A stretch of DNA of 64,000 nucleotides from Heptranchias perlo (lineage: Eukaryota). Within the stretch, counting starts at the first letter, position 1, and each line of letters starts with the position of its first letter. Shown one piece after another: positions 12,219 to 24,039 of this stretch. The DNA is taken from assembly GCF_035084215.1 (NCBI RefSeq), contig NC_090350.1, forward strand, positions 19,902,001 through 19,966,000, given 5' to 3'. The translations under genes and the position numbers were made by a program. A model generated the notes under the pieces. It was not told the origin of the DNA. It searched no databases and saw only the letters and a list, made by a program, of their open reading frames with translations.

Positions 12219-13319
12219 GATGTGGAGATGCCGGTGATGGACTGGGGTTGACAATTGTAAACAATTTTACAACACCAAGTTATAGTCCAGCAATTTTATT
12301 TTAAATTCACAAGCTTTCGGAGGCTACCTCCTTCGTCAGGTGAACGATGTGAAAATGAAATCCTCGAGATGAAATCGCATTTATAATTCACAGAACAATG
12401 CTTGGTGAGTACAGACAGTTTTTTCAACTGCCCGTTGCCAAGGCAATCAGTGTGCAGACAGACAGGTGTTACCTGCCAGGTCTCACAGAATATACAAATC
12501 ACCAAAAAAAAACAACAAACAAAAAAAAACAGAGATAGAGAGGTAGAAACATAGAAAAGACAGCAACTGACCCGTTATATTAAAAACAGATAACATTTGT
12601 TCGCTGGTGGGGTAACGTGTAGCGTGACATGAACCCAAGATCCCGGTTGAGGCCGTCCTCATGGGTGCGGAACTTGGCTATCAATTTCTGCTCGACGATT
12701 TTGCGTTGTCGTGTGTCTCGAAGGCCGCCTTGGAGTACGCTTACCCGAAGGTCGGTGGATGCATGTCCATGACTGCTGAAGTGTTCCCCGACACTTCAGC
12801 AGTCATGGACATGCATCCACCGACCTTCGGGTAAGCGTACTCCAAGGCGGCCTTCGAGACACACGACAACGCAAAATCGTCGAGCAGAAATTGATAGCCA
12901 AGTTCCGCACCCATGAGGACGGCCTCAACCGGGATCTTGGGTTCATGTCACGCTACACGTTACCCCACCAGCGAACAAATGTTATCTGTTTTTAATATAA
13001 CGGGTCAGTTGCTGTCTTTTCTATGTTTCTACCTCTCTATCTCTGTTTTTTTTTGTTTGTTGTTTTTTTTTGGTGATTTGTATATTCTGTGAGACCTGGC
13101 AGGTAACACCTGTCTGTCTGCACACTGATTGCCTTGGCAACGGGCAGTTGAAAAAACTGTCTGTACTCACCAAGCATTGTTCTGTGAATTATAAATGCGA
13201 TTTCATCTCGAGGATTTCATTTTCACATCGTTCACCTGACGAAGGAGGTAGCCTCCGAAAGCTTGTGAATTTAAAATAAAATTGCTGGACTATAACTTGG
13301 TGTTGTAAAATTGTTTACA
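12219..13319. mobile_element. Penelope-like element arranged as an inverted (fold-back) repeat
   Basis: Arms 12256-12784 and 12791-13319 with a 6-nt loop; the mirrored ORFs 12296-12505(-) and 13070-13279(+) are identical. Encodes a PLE C-terminus (QGGLRDTRQRKIVEQKLIAKFRTHEDGLNRDLGFMSRY). Flanking direct repeat acaggtatttga at 12209-12220 and 13317-13328. Confidence 0.85.
13231..13269 (+). ncRNA. Minimal type-I hammerhead ribozyme motif within the Penelope-like element (mirror copy on the minus strand at 12306-12344)
   Basis: ttcac-CTGACGA-a-ggagg(tag)cctcc-GAAA-gctt-gtgaa: conserved core, stems I and II, and a palindromic AGCT in place of stem III. Confidence 0.7.
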
Positions 13320-13385
13320 GGTATTTGAGGCAGGGATGTGCTGAAATAACTAAGCTGCTCTCAGCTTCCCCAAGTCTGGACATTC

Positions 13386-13594
13386 TGTTAAAATTAGATA
13401 GCCCGGTGGTGAAGGATAGAATACTAAGAGCCCGGTCTTCAGTTGCTTCCAAGCCTTTATTCACAGAGGTTCCCCTTACACACACACCACACCCTAAATA
13501 AGCTCTCCTATAAAAAGGATACAAGAGAGTCCCTAATTGATACACACTACCTGAATACAATTAACACCCACTGATATAAATCATGCAATTAACA
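13386..13594 (-). mobile_element. Short solo LTR
   Basis: TGTTAA...TTAACA termini; 4-bp duplication ATTC at 13382-13385 and 13595-13598; absent from the paralogous site near 21425. Confidence 0.7.
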
Positions 13595-13876
13595 ATTCTG
13601 TCATTCAATTTTCTGTCCATCCCACATGATGAAAGAATAAAACAAAATAGAACAATTTATTTAAACTTGGACATTAAAAAAAACTTACTGATGGCAGTAA
13701 CCCAAGGATTCTAGGCTTTAGAAGCAGGCGAAGGAACTTTTGTGTCTTAAAAAGCACATGTACAAATAAGTCTCAAACCCCAAAGTCCCAAGACAGAGTA
13801 TTCACAAAATTTATTGATTTTCAGTTATATTTTTCCAATTTTCCTCCTTCATAATCAGAATTGAAAGGAAAGATGT

Positions 13877-16572
13877 TCATTTATTGTCAGTTGTCCTGAG
13901 GTATTTTTTCTCTAGAAGATGCAAGGCTGAAGCTAAGGCACCACCTGCGGTTCCCACTGCAGCTTTGCCAGCTATAGAGAGGCCAGCAGCACCTTTAAAG
14001 TTAACAAAATAGAGAATAAATTGTACACAATCTGAGATGTCCTGAATTTGTTAATAATCAACACTTCATACATTCTTAACAGCTTAACAGTCACCTCGTG
14101 AAAGATGGAGTCCATAGAATAATCTATTGGACAATTGATTTCTTCACTTGTATTTACAACAAAGCCAACCAATTATTTCATTAGCACTTTGTTGAGATTT
14201 AAACATAACAGAATTAAAGTTTAATGCAAAAGTGTCATTTAATTTGTAGTAAGACTACTGAGGGAAGTTTCCAAGACAATCGGGTATTTAATATAAAATG
14301 CTATTGTGCACCATCGTAGATGCAGAGAAAACCAAACAGCAGTAGACAGGCTTTAAACAAGAATGATTGAGACATGTTCATTACTTATCACTGGGACCTT
14401 ACCAATAGATTGAAGGACAGCCACCGTACTTCCAGCTGCTACAGCTCCTCCATTGGCGACAGCAGCTGTAGACATCATACTTGCTGCAACTGATCCAGCA
14501 GATATTCCAGCACTGGTAAATCCCAGTACTCCCAGCACCACTGGTGCTCCAGCAATGGCACCAGCTGAAAGAGGAAACATCCCCGTTTGAACACAGCACA
14601 TATACACAGGAGCTTAGTACAGGCCAGTAACACACAGGGGATCAAATTAGATTGTTTGCTGTGAGAGCAATACTCAGGCAATTTAACAATATTGCCTAAA
14701 GCCTGAAATGTACAATTGTATCATGTCAGAATTCTTCCTGTCTGCAGTGATGGTTTATTTCCTTCACAACATTTCAATCCAGCATCTAGGAATACCAGTT
14801 ATATCTCTAATAATAATCCAGGAAATTTTGAAGCATGCCTTAAAGTTGCCATGCTTGGAATTTCCACAGGGGTGCTCTCGATTGTCTGCCATAACTTTGG
14901 CAGAAACCCCAGAGAAACGACATAAACGGCCATTTACGCTATTTCTCCAAGGTTTCAGCTGATAGTCCAAAGTAATGAACCTCCGTGGAAATTCTACCCC
15001 TCAACCTTTAACAGCACTGAAGCGTAGAAGAGATAGCAGAATTAAACAGGAAGTCCAAGAATAACAGCCACCAACAACTCTTAACTCATGACACATGCTA
15101 TGTTTCTGTGCACTGAAAATTATAGGGAAACATCTATCATATGTTAAAAATATTGAGTGGTCGCAGCAATCTAATGGTACTGGGTCTGTAGGTAGTGCTG
15201 TGAGCGTCATATTGAGTGCAGAGGGACTCAACAGTAAGCTGTGACTTCCTACCTTACTCTTGCTGCCTGTTCCTTCCTTCTTCTGTTCAGAATTTTAACC
15301 TACTCTATCGAGTAGGCGACAAGGACATGTTGCCCAAAGCCGGTGGGGTCCTTCTTTACATATGCATGTCAGGTCCCGAAGATGTCATCAGGACCTGATT
15401 GCAATTTTAACTACTGGCCTGAGCGGTGAAGCCATTATAGCTTTTCCGAGTGGTGATGGCAGCAGGAAGAGAAGCCAAGCCCAGAAAAAACCCAAAATAA
15501 GCGTTTTTACTTTCCTTGAGGTCTGGAGGTGCAGGAGGGCTTCACCAGGCCTCACTTGCCACGGACTCCCACCCCCCACTTCCCAAACACGAGACCCTCC
15601 CGAGACGGCCCTCGAAGCCGATCTCACCACCTACTTGTTGTCAGTGGGCGGTCTCCGGGCTGACTATAGTGCTATGGACTGTAGCATTATAAGCATTGTC
15701 GGTTTTCCAGCTTCATGCTAGGAAGCTGGCTTTAGGATCTCGTTTCTGGGGGAATAGGGGCAGGAATAGCTGGGGGAGGGGATGGGAAATAAATGGGTAC
15801 GGTTGCCACCCTACCCTCCTAACCACCACCTCTGAAAGAAAAGGAAAAGAGAACAGAGCAGAAGAGCATAGAGAGAGAAGCAAAAAAAAAGAAATGCCAA
15901 GTTCAGGAAAGAGACAGAGAAAAAAAGCAGAACATGAGAGAGACAGAGTGTGAAACAGCAAAACAAATATGACAGAGACAGGTGAGAGACAATATAGTAA
16001 GAAAGAACTTGTATTTATAAAGTGTTTTCACGACCTCTCCTATAAACAGCAATGAGATAATGACCAGACAATCTGTTCTAGTGATTTGGTTGAAGGATAA
16101 ATATTGGACTAGACACTAGAAGAACTCCCCTGTTCTTCTTTGAATAGTGCCATGGCATCTTTTACGTCTGCCTGAGAGGGCAGAGATGGCCTCAGTTTAA
16201 TGTCTCATCCAAAAGACGGCACCTCCGACAATGCCAGTACTCCCTCGGTACTGCATCGACCTATCAGCTTAGATATGTGCTCACGTCTCTGGAATGGGAA
16301 TTGAACATACAACCCTTCTGACACAGAGACGCGATCCTCCGACTAACAATGAGCAATGCAATGGGAGATTTACTTGCTTCCTTTATAAAAATTTTTGAGA
16401 GCATCGTCACACACTGGAAGTCACACTTTGTGTAACCTGCTTTGCTGCAGCTAAACCCATTTCAATAGCACCCTCCGGAAGATTTTATTGCCCCATTTTT
16501 TTTACATATTTATCTTAAAGTCGAATAGTGCTTACCTGCGCCTATCCCTGCAGCTACAACTGGCAACCACAT
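13877..16572 (-). CDS. IFI27: IFI27-like (ISG12 family) protein B, 104 aa
   Basis: Exons 16572-16536, 14564-14403 (162 nt, [42 protein letters not shown]) and 13992-13877 (GAAGLSIAG...TTDNK*). All GT-AG, phase 1, frame open. Confidence 0.9.
16003..16330 (-). mobile_element. tRNA-head/Deu-domain SINE with L2-like tail
   Basis: Reverse-complement match to the full copy at 55403-55838. Confidence 0.75.
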
Positions 16573-17715
16573 GACTATCTGCTGATTAGCTCTGTAAATT
16601 GAAAAAAAGTCTGTTGTTAAACTCACAATCCTATAAACCTTGTAGGGGTAAATACTGTAAACATCTCACCCTCCCTGCCACACACACATTTTTATTGTGA
16701 TTGTTCTTTCATTGTAACAGATTGTCATGAATTCATGATCTAATTAAGACACAAGGTTATAAGTCAATTATTTTTTGAGATGGAAGAGGAAACTAAATAC
16801 AAGCAGAACCTGGAAGATTCCTAAGTTTACATATAAAAATTAATAGATCTATAAATCACTGCGTAGGTTTTCATATTTCCTGTAAGAGCAGTAGCTGTAA
16901 CTAGCAGTATGTCTCATGGTCTGAAAAATTACCATCAGGACCGCTCAGAGGAAACAATATCAGTTGGAAATAGCCACACCCTGTTGAGCTTTTCTTAGTC
17001 TCCTGGGACTATGAACCGTATTACAATCCACTGCTCTCAATACCTTCCTTTTTCCCCACTAGTATCTAAAATTTATTTGAACAATTGATGCAAGATATAT
17101 TACCCATTAACTATCTTTAAGCAATTTAACCGACAGCCTGTTTTCAAATTATTCTGAAACTTGTTAATATCCTTTAACATTCTTTATTATCTGATTAAAG
17201 TCCATGTCTGAACATACTTTGTTACCCGATTAAAGTCGATATCTGACCTACAGTGTGCAGAAAATTTGAAATTAATGGTTTAACACTTCTGCGAAAATTG
17301 TGGAGAGGGGAATTTGAGAAGAGTGGACCAGCATCCATCCTCTAGTATCTCAGGGCCTTTGTGTTGCTGGGCCTTCATAATAAATGTTGTTGTGTCCTGT
17401 CGGTAAACCTTGAGAGTGGCCTCATAAATGAAAAAGAGACACAGCTGGTATTACACTCCTCGGTCCCAGTGTTACTGTTTGTCATGGAGGAAAGCTCCAG
17501 TTATCAGCTTCAGCATCGCACAAGGGCCCAATCAACAAAGGAAATGCACTGGTGTTTGACGAATCAATTGGTGTATAGATGCACACATTTTTAAAAAATG
17601 ATTATTACAGAAAAGTAATATAAATGCAATCGGTTGAACAGCTACCCTGCTTTGAATCACTGCATCAAATTTCTCTTAAATAGTTTATATATTGCCTGGT
17701 ATATGTTGGACTTAC

Positions 17716-17970
17716 CAAACGCAAATCCAACAGTAGCAGATCTCACGAGCAACAGCCAAGCGTTCGCTCAAGCGCAGAATATATAAAGCAAACTGAAAGG
17801 GCTCTGCTGGGTCCTAATAATCAATGTGTTCGATTTATTTTCAGTGCAATTCCCGGCACAGTCTTTGTGCAATTAAATCCAGGGTGTTCCCTGTAACTTA
17901 TCATCGCAAAACAGTTTACTACAGTAACCCAAGAGACATCGATCGTTTTTTCACTTGCCGATTTTGGTCA
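17716..17970 (-). promoter_or_regulatory. Gene B non-coding exon 1 and core promoter
   Basis: Donor GTAAGT after 17716; TATATA at about 17779-17786; colinear with the gene A promoter at 4867-5115. Confidence 0.7.
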
Positions 17971-17975
17971 AGGTC

Positions 17976-19986
17976 AAATCTAGAGCCCCCTGGATGACAA
18001 GGAGCTTGGGGGGGTAAGATAAAGCAAAAAAGGGAAGCTTATGTCAGACACGGAGAGCTCAATACTGCAGAAAGCCTAGAAGAGTACAGAAAATGCAGGG
18101 TGAAATTAAAAAGGAAATTAGGAAAGCAAAGAGAGGTCATGAAAAAATACTGGTAAGTAAAATTAAGGAAAACCCAAAATGTATAATAAATAAATAAAGA
18201 GCAAGAGGATAACTAAGGAAAGAGTAGGCCTATTAGAGACCAATAAGATAACCTATGTCTGGAGGCGGAAGATGTGGGTATGATTCAGAATGAATACTTT
18301 GTGTCTGTCTTCACAAAAGAGGGGGCGATGCAGAGATTGTAGTTGAGGAGATGGAGTGTGTAACATTGGATGGGATAAACATAGTGAGAGAGGAAGTATT
18401 AAGAGGATTAGCATCTTTGAAAGTAGATAAATCGCCAAGCAGATGAAATGTATCGCAGGCTGTCAAGAGAAGCAAGGGAGGAAATAGCAGAGGCTCTGAC
18501 CATCATTTTCCAATCCTCCCCGGTTACAGGCACGGTGCCAGAGGATTGGAGGATTGCTAATGTTGTACCGTTGTTTAAAAAGGGAGAAAAATATAGACCA
18601 AGTAATTACAGGCCAGTCAGTCTAATCTCGGTGGTGGGCAAATTATTGGAATCAATTCTGAGGGACACCATAAATCGTCATTTAGGAAGGCATGGGTTAA
18701 TCAAGGACAGTCAGCATGGATTTGTTAAGGGAAGGTCATGTCTGACTAACTTGATTGAATTTTTTGAGGTGGGAACATGGAGGGTCGATGAGGGTAACGC
18801 GTTTGATGTGGTGTACATTGATTTTAGCAAGGCTTTTGACAAGGTCCCACATGGCAGACTGGTCAAAAAAGTAAAAGCCCATGAGATTCAAGGGAAAGTG
18901 GCTTGTTGGATCCAAAATTGGCTCAGCAGCAGGAAGCAAAGGGTAATGGTTGACAGGTGTTTTTGCGACTGGAAGGCTGTTTCCAGTGGGGGTCGGCAAG
19001 GCTCAGGACTCGGTCCCTTGCTTTTTGTGGTATATATTAATGATTTGGACTTGAATGTGGGCGACTTGATCAAGAAGTTTGCAGATGATACAAAAATGGG
19101 ACGTGTGGTTGATAGTGAGGAGGAAAGCTGTAAACTGCAGGAAGATATCAATGGACTGGCCAGTTGGGCAGAAACGTGGCAAATGGAATTCAATCCAGAG
19201 AAGTGTGAGGTAATGCATTTGGGGAGGGCAAACAAGGCAAGGGAGTACACAATAAATGGGAGGATAATGAGAGGTGTAGAGGGACCTTGAAGTGCATGTC
19301 CACAGATCCCTGAAGGTAGCAGGACAGGTAAATAAGGTGGTTGAAAAGGCATACAGGATATTTTCCTTTATTAGCCGAGGCATAGAATATAAGAGCAGGG
19401 AGGTTATGCTAGAACTGTATAAAACATTGGTTAGGCCACAGCTTGAGAACTGCATACAGTTCTGGTCACCACATTACAGGAAAGATGTGATTGCACTCGA
19501 GAGGGTACAGAGGAGATTTACGAGGATGTTGCCAGGGCAGGAGAATTTTAGCTATGAGAAAAGATTGGATAGGCTGAGGTTATTTTCTTTGGAACAAAGG
19601 AGGCTGAGGGGAGTTTAATTGAGGTATATAAAATTATGACGGGCCTAGAGATAGTGGATAGGGAGAATCTATTTCCCTTAGCAGAGGGGTCAGTGACCAG
19701 GGGGCATAGATTTAAACTAATTCGTAGAAGGACGAGAGGGGAGCTGAGGAAAAACTTTTACACCCAGAGGGTGGTGGGGTCTGGAACTCACTGCCTGAAA
19801 GGGTGGTAGAGGCAGAAACCCCCAACTCATTTAAAAAGTATTTGGATGTGCACTTGAAGTGCCGTAACCTACAGGGCTACGGACCAAGTGCTGGAAAGTA
19901 GGATTAAGCTGGATAGCTCTTTTTCGGCCGGCACGGACACGATGGGCCGAATGGCTTCCTTCTGTGTTGTAACCTCCCATGATTCT
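17976..19986 (+). mobile_element. CR1 LINE, 5'-truncated, inserted in the gene B promoter
   Basis: ORF 18448-19290 has RT motifs (NYRPVSL, QHGF, DFSKAFDKV, KFADDTK); 3' end catgattct; candidate target duplication aaggtc at 17970-17975 and 19987-19992. Confidence 0.9.
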
Positions 19987-20004
19987 AAGGTCCTGATTAG
20001 CCTG

Positions 20005-20060
20005 TAGATGCAGGAAATCGATACTGCATCGTTAGTTCGTTTCCTCAGAAATCCAGCTGG
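20005..20060 (-). promoter_or_regulatory. Displaced, degenerate ISRE block of gene B
   Basis: ggaaatcgatactg...agttcgtttcctcagaaatccagctggc aligns with the gene A ISRE block at 5125-5185; homology continues to about 20580. Confidence 0.55.
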
Positions 20061-21969
20061 CATCACTAACAGTAGGCCCTAACTCTGTTACAATTGTTGG
20101 ATTACACACACTAATGATCAGTCTCCTTTCTAGTTCCAAAGAGTGAGACCTACAGAGCTCTTTTGCATTTATTAAGCAGTATTTTTACGAGTGCATTAGA
20201 AGATTAGTAAATTTGTAGATATTATAATTCTTTAAAAGATGAAAATACATTGGGACGATTTTTAGTTTGCTGCTCTGATATGAAACTGGCTTTTCCATTG
20301 ATTTCAATGGGAACGAAAATCAGGTGCTGTGTGAAACGGGCGGCCAACTCGCTTTGCCTGTTTTGCTATCACCCAAAACCAAATTTCACCCATGATGTGT
20401 TTGTGTGACATTCCTTGGTCCACACTTTTGTCACCTCCATCCTGACTTCTCCCACACCTTCTTTAATATCCTCAAAAGCCTCACCCTACATAAACTGCAA
20501 CTCCTCCAAAACTTTGCTGCTTGCATCCTGCCCCACACTAAGTCCAGCTCGCCCATCGTCCATGTCCTCACCAACCCACTGGTTTGTTGTCCTCAATTTA
20601 TTTAATGTAAGATTGCCATTATAAAAAATGGCTGTGTCCCTTGAGTACCCTCACATATAAGCATTCAGCTTGCTCTTAACATCGACTTTGAGCGATAGAT
20701 TTAATACATGTTGGGCTTGTGCCCAAAAATTGGAAAGCGGAGAGCAAAATTTAAATATCTTATTTAAATATCTTAAGCACACAAAATTAAACTCACATTC
20801 TGCAAGAGAGCTGCATCTTTCGCTAAGATATGTCAATCAGAACAGAACACAAAATAGGGACTCCGCAAGTTCAAAACACTTCTGCTTGTTGTGTATAAGA
20901 TTACAATAGCAGGACTGTTCCCACACATTGGAAGTTAAAGTTTATTATTTCCAAAAATAATTAGTTATCTGACTTGAAATGAAAACTTAAGTAAATGATG
21001 ATTAAGGCAGTGATAATATCACTCCCTGCTGTATGGTGTAACCTCTTCCCGGTATGGATCTAGAAGCTCTTTCTTGCCAAACATTTGGCTTAAACTCCCC
21101 TTTCATTAACTCAAACTGCTCTCCCATCCTTTGGCCTGTTTTACTGTTCTGTATCAACCTCACCGGCTCAGCAATATGGAAATTGACGGGACAAGGTTCT
21201 CCTAGCATCCTGAATGCCAAAACCAATGAAGACGACAGACTGCTTTTACTGGTACACTGCTGGAATGGTCCACATTTTATAGCGTTCCCTGTCTTGCTGT
21301 AAGGATGAGACAGAACAGATACGATGATTGGGAAAGCTAACACCGGCATGGAGCAAGTGGGATGGGTGTTTGAGGCAGGGATGTGCTGAAATGATTCAGC
21401 TGCTCTCAGCTTCCCAAAGTCTGGACATTCTGGATGCCGGATGAAGGAACTTTTGTGTCTTTAAAAAAAAAGCACCTTATCGAATAAGTCTCAAATCTTT
21501 GAATCAAGCAATAGCCCTTCAGCTAGGGTCTTATAGCAAGCCACAGCATTGAAGCAACTGCATCTGGGCATTAAAGCTGCCATGATGTTTCTAAAATTAT
21601 ACATGTCAGGTTGTATTACTGTAATACTCAAATTAATTACAAAATATCACTGACTAATAATGAACTGCAAACAAAACAGATACTGTAACTCATTGATCCA
21701 GAACACAGGTACTGAATGTTTCATAGCTGGAATCTTGGCTTGAAACTGGGTGGAGTTGAACACAGTGGGAAATTATAACCTGCTTCCAGAGCTAAACTCC
21801 TGCATAATATGTTCCACACTGCTATATTCTGGAAGGCAGAACAGTCACAGAGACAAGTCATAATTGTAAAAAGATTTATTGATTTTCAGTGACATTTTTT
21901 TCTCTTCATATTCAGAATTGAAAGGAAATATGTTCATTTATTTTCAGTTGTCCTAAGACATTTTTTCAC

Positions 21970-23851
21970 TTAAACAAGAAGTAAGGCTGAAGCTATGGCA
22001 CCACCTACGGTTCCCACTGCAACGCTGCCAACTGCAGAGAGGCCAGCCGCACCTTTAAAAATAACAAAAAAATAAATAAGAATAAATTGTACACAATCTG
22101 AGATGTCCTGAATTTGTTAATAATCAACACTTCTTATATTCCAGAGCTTAACAGTCACCTTGTGAAAGATGGGATCCATAGAATAATCTATTGGACAATT
22201 AATTACTTGTATTTACAACAAAGCCAACCCATATTTCATTAGCACTTTGATGAGATTAAAATATAACTGATCTAAAGTTTATTGCAAAAGGGTCATTTAA
22301 TTAAGACTACCGAGGGAAGTTTCCAAGACAATCGGGTATTTAATATAAAATGCTATTGTGCACCATCGTAGATGCAGAGAAAACCAAACAGCAGTAGACA
22401 GGCTTTAAACAAGAATGATTGAGACATGTTCATTACTTATCACTGGGACCTTACCAATAGATTGAAGGACAGCCACCGTACTTCCAGCTGCTACAGCTCC
22501 TCCATTGGCGACAGCAGCTGTAGACATCATACTTGCTGCAACTGATCCAACCGCTATCCCAGCACTGGTAAATCCCAGTACTCCCAGCACCACTGGTGCA
22601 GCTACGATGGAAGTACCTGAAAGAGGTAACATCCCGGTTTGATCACAGCACGTATACACAGGAGGTTAGTACAGGCCAGTAATACATAGAGGATCAAATT
22701 ACATCGTTTACTGTGAGAGCAACACTCAGGCAATTTAACAATATTGCCTAAAGCCTGAAATGTATAATTATATCATGTCAGAATTCTTCCTGTCTGCAGT
22801 GATGGTTTATTTCCTTCACAACATTTCGATCCAGCATCTTGGAATATCAGTTATATCTATAATAATAATACAGATCCAAGACATGCTTTAAAATTTCTTG
22901 AAGATGCTATGCCTGGAATTAAATAAATGCGGAAAACATGAAAGCCACTGACTGGTAATGGACAGCACCGATGTTTTAAATATTGTTTACACTTAAACGT
23001 AAGGATTTTCCACTGGAATTTTGCCGTGGAGCTGGTGTAACTCTGGGGGAATGCGGCAGAAAATTCCTTCTGAGCCATTCTGTTGGCTCTCTACATCTCC
23101 CCACCACTTGCGGGATTTCCTGCTTGAAGTGTTGAGAGTTGTAGAATACGGGTCCTCAAATATGGGTGGCCGTTTTCCATTGCTATGCAAATGACAGAAA
23201 TACATTGCACAACATAAATTTCCATCACTTGTGCCCTAGTGTTGATATAGTGGCAGAGGCCCTCTTTCAAATTTAAATGGCGAAAAAGCCAAGCCATAGT
23301 TGGCACAGTCTTCGGAACTGTTTTTGAACTTTAAAAAACAAAATTCCCCATTTTACAGGGCAACAAAAGGACCACCGGCCACACTGCCCTGCATTAAGCA
23401 TCTGAGACCTGCCACAGCCAATCTCTGCCTCACCCAAACCAGGCAGATTCCCCAATGGAGGGCGAGAACCCATGAAAATTATTTTTAACCCTGATGCCAA
23501 AAAAATTGGCCAGGGTCAGAGGTACATCCCTGTGGTGGTCGAAAGTCCCACTCGCTGCAATTCCAACTGGTGTCATGGCTGATCAAAAGACTTAGGCCAC
23601 TCTATGTAACAGCATAAGAATCCAGAGAGGCTTTTCAAACCTCTGGTTCTGAGAAATTGAAATACTGTAAATGAATGATTGGGAAGCACCATTTTGTGTA
23701 ATAATCTGCAATATTGAGGCTAAACCCACCTCAGTGGCAGCCTCCCTAGGATTTTGTTCCTCATTTAAAATAAACTTATTTACCATAAAGTCTAATGGTG
23801 CTTACCTGCACCTATACCTGCGGCGAGTATCAACAGAAAACCCATTTTCAT
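21970..23851 (-). CDS. IFI27: IFI27-like (ISG12 family) protein C, 96 aa from the first ATG
   Basis: Exons 23851-23806 ([15 protein letters not shown]), 22616-22455 (162-nt ISG12 exon) and 22052-21970 (GAAGLSAVG...ASALLLV*). All GT-AG, phase 1. Non-coding exon 1 was not identified. Confidence 0.9.
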
Positions 23852-24039
23852 ATAATTTGCTGTCTGTAAACAGAAAAAAAATCTTTTGTTAAAAAAGAAC
23901 TTGCATTTATATAGTGCCTTTCACGACCTCAGGACATCCCAAAGCGCTTTACAACCAATTAAATACTTTAAGTGTTGGCACTGTTGTAATGTAGGAAACG
24001 TGGCAGCCAAACAGCAATGTGATCATGGCCAGATTATTT

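Noticed and set aside
12219-12240. tggagatgccgg resembles a reverse-complemented tRNA-Ala or tmRNA 3' end
   Set aside because: The match is too short, and it is the shared Penelope tail also seen at 58643.
12296-13279. Two identical 69-aa ORFs on opposite strands taken as a duplicated gene
   Set aside because: They are a by-product of the palindrome and lie in the non-coding part of the element.
14353-14607. ORF-track proteins at 14353, 22405 and 42432 taken as single-exon genes
   Set aside because: They extend into intron sequence; the real coding part is the 162-nt exon bounded by AG/GT.
18448-19618. 280-aa RT ORF taken as an active or domesticated gene
   Set aside because: The copy is 5'-truncated, has no endonuclease, is frameshifted near 19285 and has a damaged GVPQG motif.
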